A DNA stretch of 12,012 nt from Candidatus Methylomirabilia bacterium (GTDB lineage: Bacteria > Methylomirabilota > Methylomirabilia > Rokubacteriales > CSP1-6), in NCBI GenBank assembly GCA_041497895.1, contig JBGQHJ010000148.1, positions 1 to 12,012 of the forward strand, given 5' to 3'. Both the position numbers and the translations under genes were made by a program. This document shows positions 8,331-12,012 of this stretch, piece after piece. The notes under the pieces are model-generated. The model was not told the DNA's origin. It was given only the letters and a program-made list of their open reading frames with translations, and made no database searches. Within the stretch, counting starts at the first letter, position 1, and each line of letters opens with the position of its first letter.

Positions 8331-9083
8331 ATGACGAAGCATTCGACCCGTGGCATGGCAATGGCGCTCGCGCTCCTGGCGCTGACGGCGTGGAGCACGG
8401 AGGCCGCCGAGATCAAGGTGCTCAGCACGGTCGGCATGCAGCCGGCCACCACCGAGCTGTTCGCGCAGTTCGAGCGTGAGACCGGCCACAAGATCGCCGT
8501 GACCTACGGCATCGCCGCGGTGCTCAAGAACAAGTTCCTCGAGGGGGCGCCCGCGGACGTCCTCGTCCTGATCGGCCCGATCGTCGAGGACCTGGCGAAG
8601 CAGGGCAAGGTCGTGGCCGGTAGCAAGGTCGACGTCGCGCGGTCCGGTGTTGGTGTCGGGGTGAAGGCGGGCGCGCCGAAGCCCGACATCGGCACCCCGG
8701 AGGCCCTCAAGGCCGCGGTGCTGGCAGCGAAGTCGGTCGGCTACTCCAAGGTCGGCGCCTCGGGCGTGGCGTTCGCCCGGGTGCTCGAGCGCCTGGGCAT
8801 CGCCGAGCAGGTCCAGGCCAAGTACAAGGACACCGGCGGGCAGGCCGGCGAGGCCCTGGTGGCGGGCGAGGTCGAGCTGGCCGCCGCGCAGATCCCCGAG
8901 CTGATGGCGGTGCCCGGCGTCGACGTGGTGGGTCCACTCCCGGCGGAGCTGCAGACCATCACGATCTTCTCCGTCGGCCTCGCCACCGAGGCGAAGGAGG
9001 CCGACGCGGCGAAGGCCCTCATCCAGTTCCTGGCCGGGCCGGCCGCGGCTTCTGTCTACAAGGCGAAGGGCCTCGGCGGCTGA
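8331..9083 (+). CDS. Orphan ModA-like periplasmic binding-fold protein (250 aa)
   Basis: Signal peptide ending TEA|AE, strong RBS, FERETGHK, GAPADV, VGVKAGAPKPDI, AKSVGYS...ASG, ERLGI, QIPELMAVPG and VGPLPAELQ. No modB or modC next to it. Confidence 0.9.
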   Translation: MTKHSTRGMAMALALLALTAWSTEAAEIKVLSTVGMQPATTELFAQFERETGHKIAVTYGIAAVLKNKFLEGAPADVLVLIGPIVEDLAKQGKVVAGSKVDVARSGVGVGVKAGAPKPDIGTPEALKAAVLAAKSVGYSKVGASGVAFARVLERLGIAEQVQAKYKDTGGQAGEALVAGEVELAAAQIPELMAVPGVDVVGPLPAELQTITIFSVGLATEAKEADAAKALIQFLAGPAAASVYKAKGLGG

Positions 9084-9089
9084 GCGCGG

Positions 9090-10094
9090 CTAGAGATCCC
9101 GGATCCGCGGCATCACGTCGCGGCCGATGCGCTCGAACGAGCGCAGCATGAGCCGGTGATCGCCCACGATGTGCCGCACCATCACGAAGTCGAAGCCCAT
9201 GTCGCGATAGCGGCGCAGGCCTTCGACGACGGTGGCCGCGCCGCCCACCAGCAGCTGGTCGAGGCCGGTGCCGCGGTAGCCCTCGGCGAGGATGGCGCCG
9301 ACGACGGCGCGCGCCGCCTCGTCGGACTCGCCGACGTAGATGTCGCGGCGCAGGACCGGGCGCGCCGGGCGCCCGGCGCGCGCCGCCGCCTCGCGGTAGA
9401 GCTCGAGCTGGCGGCGGAGGTCCTCGTCCGTCGCGTTCTGGCCGGTCAGCCACGCGTCGCCCAGCCGCGCGGCGCGCTCGGCCGACGCGGCCACCGTGCC
9501 GCCGAGCCAGATCTCCACCGGGACCCGGGGCAGCGGGCTGATGGTGGCGCCCTCCAGCGTGAAGTAGCGGCCGCGCCGGGTGACGCGCTCGCCGGCAAGG
9601 AGGGCGCGCGTGACCGTCACCACCTCCTCGAGGCGGCCCACCCGGCTCTTCTCCTCCATGCCGAAGGCCTGGAACTGCGGCGGGCGGCCGCCCAGGACGA
9701 AGGTCACGATCAGCGGCCCGCCGGCGAACGCGGCGATCGTGCCGATCTGCTCGGCAAGCAGGACCGGGTGGTAGAACGGCGCGAGCAGGACCACCCCGAT
9801 CGGCATGTCGCCGGTCACGCTCATCAGGCGGGCGACGGTGGGCAGCGGGGAGAAGGTCGCGGCGTAGCCCGGGTTGGCGCCGTGGCTGTCACCGGTCAGG
9901 AGGCCGTCCAGCCCGGCCGCGCGGGCCGCGGCGGCGACCTCCATCAGGTTGCGCGCCTGCTCCTCGGGCGTGTACGCGCCCATCGGCCGCTCGATGAACG
10001 CGCCCTTCGGCATCGACGCCACGAGGCCCCGGAACCGCTCGTGGGTGGCCGGCGACGTCGGGAACAGGAAGCGCACGGACGTGCCGAGCTTCAT
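9090..10094 (-). CDS. Luciferase-like (LLM class) flavin-dependent oxidoreductase (334 aa)
   Basis: Start ATG at 10094 (MKLG). Motifs ARAAGLDGLLTGDSH, LLAPFYHPVLLAEQ, GERVTRRGRYFTL, PLP..VEIWLGG, ERAARLGDAW and C-terminal ERIGRDVMP. Confidence 0.9.
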   Translation of the reverse strand: MKLGTSVRFLFPTSPATHERFRGLVASMPKGAFIERPMGAYTPEEQARNLMEVAAAARAAGLDGLLTGDSHGANPGYAATFSPLPTVARLMSVTGDMPIGVVLLAPFYHPVLLAEQIGTIAAFAGGPLIVTFVLGGRPPQFQAFGMEEKSRVGRLEEVVTVTRALLAGERVTRRGRYFTLEGATISPLPRVPVEIWLGGTVAASAERAARLGDAWLTGQNATDEDLRRQLELYREAAARAGRPARPVLRRDIYVGESDEAARAVVGAILAEGYRGTGLDQLLVGGAATVVEGLRRYRDMGFDFVMVRHIVGDHRLMLRSFERIGRDVMPRIRDL

Positions 10095-10100
10095 TGGCGG

Positions 10101-10109
10101 AGGATAGCA
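10101..10109 (-). promoter_or_regulatory. Extended -10 promoter (TGnTATCCT), probably leaderless, for the LLM gene
   Basis: The minus strand reads TGCTATCCT, then 6 bp, then ATG. There is no Shine-Dalgarno sequence. Confidence 0.55.
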
Positions 10110-10116
10110 TGGCCCC

Positions 10117-10145
10117 TTGACGCCGTGCCGCCGCGGGCACATCCT
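10117..10145 (+). promoter_or_regulatory. Putative sigma70 promoter, probably leaderless, for the enolase-family gene
   Basis: TTGACG (10117-10122), 17 bp, CATCCT (10140-10145), 7 bp, then ATG at 10153. There is no Shine-Dalgarno sequence. Confidence 0.5.
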
Positions 10146-10152
10146 CTCCGGC

Positions 10153-11253
10153 ATGCGCATCGTCGATATCGAGTCGATCCTCCTCGACGTGCCGCTGCGC
10201 GAGCCGGTCCACGGCGTGCACGGCGTCACCAGCGTCCAGCGCAGCGTGCTGGTGCGCGTCACGAGCGACGCCGGCGTCGAGGGCTGGGGCAACGTGGATC
10301 CCACGCCGGGCTACTCGGCCATGTCGGCCGCGGAGGTCCACGAGACCGTCCGGCGGCTCGGCCCGGCGCTCAACGGGGCCGATCCGTTCAACGTGCGCCG
10401 CGCCCTGGCCGTCATGGACCGCGAGGCGGCGGGACGCCACGAGGCCATCGCCGCGGTGGAGATGGCCCTCGTCGACCTGAAGGCGCGCGCCCTCGGCGTG
10501 GCCGTCCACTCGCTCCTGGGCGGCCGCGTGAAGGACGAGATCGCGTTCAACGCGTGGATCGGCACCGTGCCGCCCGCGCAGGCCGCGCGGGAGGCGGCGG
10601 CGTGGCTCGGGCGCGGCTTCCGCTCGGCCAAGATCAAGGTCTCGGGCGCCGGGCCCGAGGGCATCGCGCGCGTGGCCGCGGTGCGGGAGGCGGTCGGCGG
10701 GCGGATGGCGCTGCGGGTCGACTTCAACGAGAGCCTGCCGGCGGCGGAGGCGGTGGCGTTCATCCGGCGCCTCGAGCCCTACGACCTGACGCTGGTCGAG
10801 CAGCCCGTCCCGCGCGCGGAGATCGCCGGGCTCGCGGAGATCCGTCGCGGCATCGGCATCCCGCTCATGGCGGACGAGAGCGTGACCGGCCCCGCCTCGC
10901 TGGTCGAGATCATCCGGCGCGAGGCGGCCGACCTGGTCAAGGTGAAGGTCATGAAGCAGGGCGGCCTGCTCCGCACGCTGGCCATGGTGGAGCTGGCGGC
11001 CGCCGCCGGCCTGCGCGTGGTGATCGGGCACGGCTTCGGCCTGACGCTCTCGACCCTGGCGGAAGCCGCGGTGGCCGCCGTCACCGACGCGATCGTCGAC
11101 GGCTGCGAGGCGGTGGGGCCGCTGAAGATGGCCGCCGACGTCGTCGTCGAGCCGGTGCGGCTCGACTCGGGCGCGATCCGGCTCGGGGATCAGCCGGGCT
11201 TGGGCGCGACGGTCGATCCGGACGCGCTCAAGCGCTACCGGGTGCAGGCGTAG
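10153..11253 (+). CDS. Enolase superfamily protein, muconate-lactonizing-enzyme subgroup (muconate cycloisomerase-like) (366 aa)
   Basis: Capping domain with VLVRV.SD.GVEGWG and AAVEMALVDLKARALG...LLGG. KxK motif (KIK), metal ligands D (VDFNE), E (EQP) and D (ADES), second Lys in KVMKQGG, EAVGPL, and PGLG near the C-terminus. Confidence 0.92.
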   Translation: MRIVDIESILLDVPLREPVHGVHGVTSVQRSVLVRVTSDAGVEGWGNVDPTPGYSAMSAAEVHETVRRLGPALNGADPFNVRRALAVMDREAAGRHEAIAAVEMALVDLKARALGVAVHSLLGGRVKDEIAFNAWIGTVPPAQAAREAAAWLGRGFRSAKIKVSGAGPEGIARVAAVREAVGGRMALRVDFNESLPAAEAVAFIRRLEPYDLTLVEQPVPRAEIAGLAEIRRGIGIPLMADESVTGPASLVEIIRREAADLVKVKVMKQGGLLRTLAMVELAAAAGLRVVIGHGFGLTLSTLAEAAVAAVTDAIVDGCEAVGPLKMAADVVVEPVRLDSGAIRLGDQPGLGATVDPDALKRYRVQA

Positions 11254-11287
11254 GCGCGGAGCCCGCCGACCTCACCCGCTATCGAGC

Positions 11288-12012
11288 CTACCCGGTCTCG
11301 ATCGGCAGGCTCGGGTCCTTCGCCCACTCGCCCATCGAGCTGTCGTACAGCGTGAGGTCGTCGAAGCCCAGCTGGTGCAGCAGGAAGAGGTCGATGGTCG
11401 CGGAGATGCCGCCCCCGCAGTAGGCGATCACGCGCCGGTCCTTGTTGATCCCCGCCGCGGCGAACCTGGCCATGGCGTCCGCCGGCGAGACGAAGCGCTT
11501 GGTCGCCGGATCGACCAGGCTCGCCGCCGGCACGTTGACCGAGCCCGGCACGCGGCCGGGCCGGCCGTAGCGAGACGGCTCGAGCCCCTTGTGGAACTGT
11601 GGGCCGAGCGCGTTCACGGTGACGGTTTGCGGGTCGCCGATCGCGGCCTTGACCGCGGTCCGGTCGACGAAGCGCCCCGGCCGCGGCCGCGGCGTGAAGG
11701 TCGCGGGCGGATAGCCTTTCGGGTCGCCGCTCTCCACCGCCCGGCCCTCGGCCTGCCACCGGTCGAAGCCGCCGTCCAGCACGGCCGCGCCGTCGAAGCC
11801 GAGCGAGCGGAGCATCCACCAGACCCGCGTGGCCCACATCATGGTCCCGATGCTGTAGAGGACGACGCGGGCCCCGTCGCCCGTGCCGTGCCGGCCGAAG
11901 GCGCGCGCCAGGTGCTCGGGCGACGGCATCGTGAACTTCAGCCGCGTGTCGAGCGCGGAGAGCTCGCCCTGCAGGTCGAGGAAGTCGGCCCCCGGGATAT
12001 GTCCCTCGACGA
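11288..12012 (-). CDS. Two-domain sulfurtransferase (rhodanese/SseA/3-mercaptopyruvate sulfurtransferase family); 5' end outside the window
   Basis: The frame is open to the window edge (VEGHIPGADFLDLQGELS...FTMPSP). Motifs ATRVWWML, LDGG, GRVPGSVNVP, active-site loop YCGGGISA and rhodanese signature LYDSSMGEW. Confidence 0.93.
   Translation of the reverse strand, partial: VEGHIPGADFLDLQGELSALDTRLKFTMPSPEHLARAFGRHGTGDGARVVLYSIGTMMWATRVWWMLRSLGFDGAAVLDGGFDRWQAEGRAVESGDPKGYPPATFTPRPRPGRFVDRTAVKAAIGDPQTVTVNALGPQFHKGLEPSRYGRPGRVPGSVNVPAASLVDPATKRFVSPADAMARFAAAGINKDRRVIAYCGGGISATIDLFLLHQLGFDDLTLYDSSMGEWAKDPSLPIETG

Noticed and set aside
9156..11423. 755-aa plus-strand ORF spanning the LLM and enolase genes
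   Set aside because: Low-complexity Arg/Gly/Ala-rich translation, antisense to one real gene and out of frame with the other.

Overview
Very GC-rich (about 70% or more by eye), gene-dense bacterial DNA. The gene content and style resemble Candidatus Rokubacteria (Methylomirabilota), but that is inference only. The left part holds two ABC-importer operons transcribed divergently from a 138-bp spacer (3113-3250). On the minus strand is a PotD/PotA/PotB/PotC-type system (binding protein, ATPase, two permeases, the last truncated). On the plus strand is a Tat-exported family-5 (Dpp/Opp-type) binding protein, two permeases and a translationally coupled nitrilase-family C-N hydrolase, with no ATPase of its own. 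The right part holds two small hypothetical genes, an orphan ModA-like periplasmic protein with non-canonical anion-binding motifs, a luciferase-like monooxygenase divergent from a muconate-cycloisomerase-like enolase, and a truncated two-domain sulfurtransferase. I found no RNA genes, mobile elements, CRISPR arrays or long repeats. The region looks like ordinary solute uptake and catabolism. The best leads are modest: a possible enzyme-type ModA homologue, an ATPase-less importer/amidase module, a HEXXH-less IrrE/ImmA-like small protein, and probable leaderless and back-to-back promoters.
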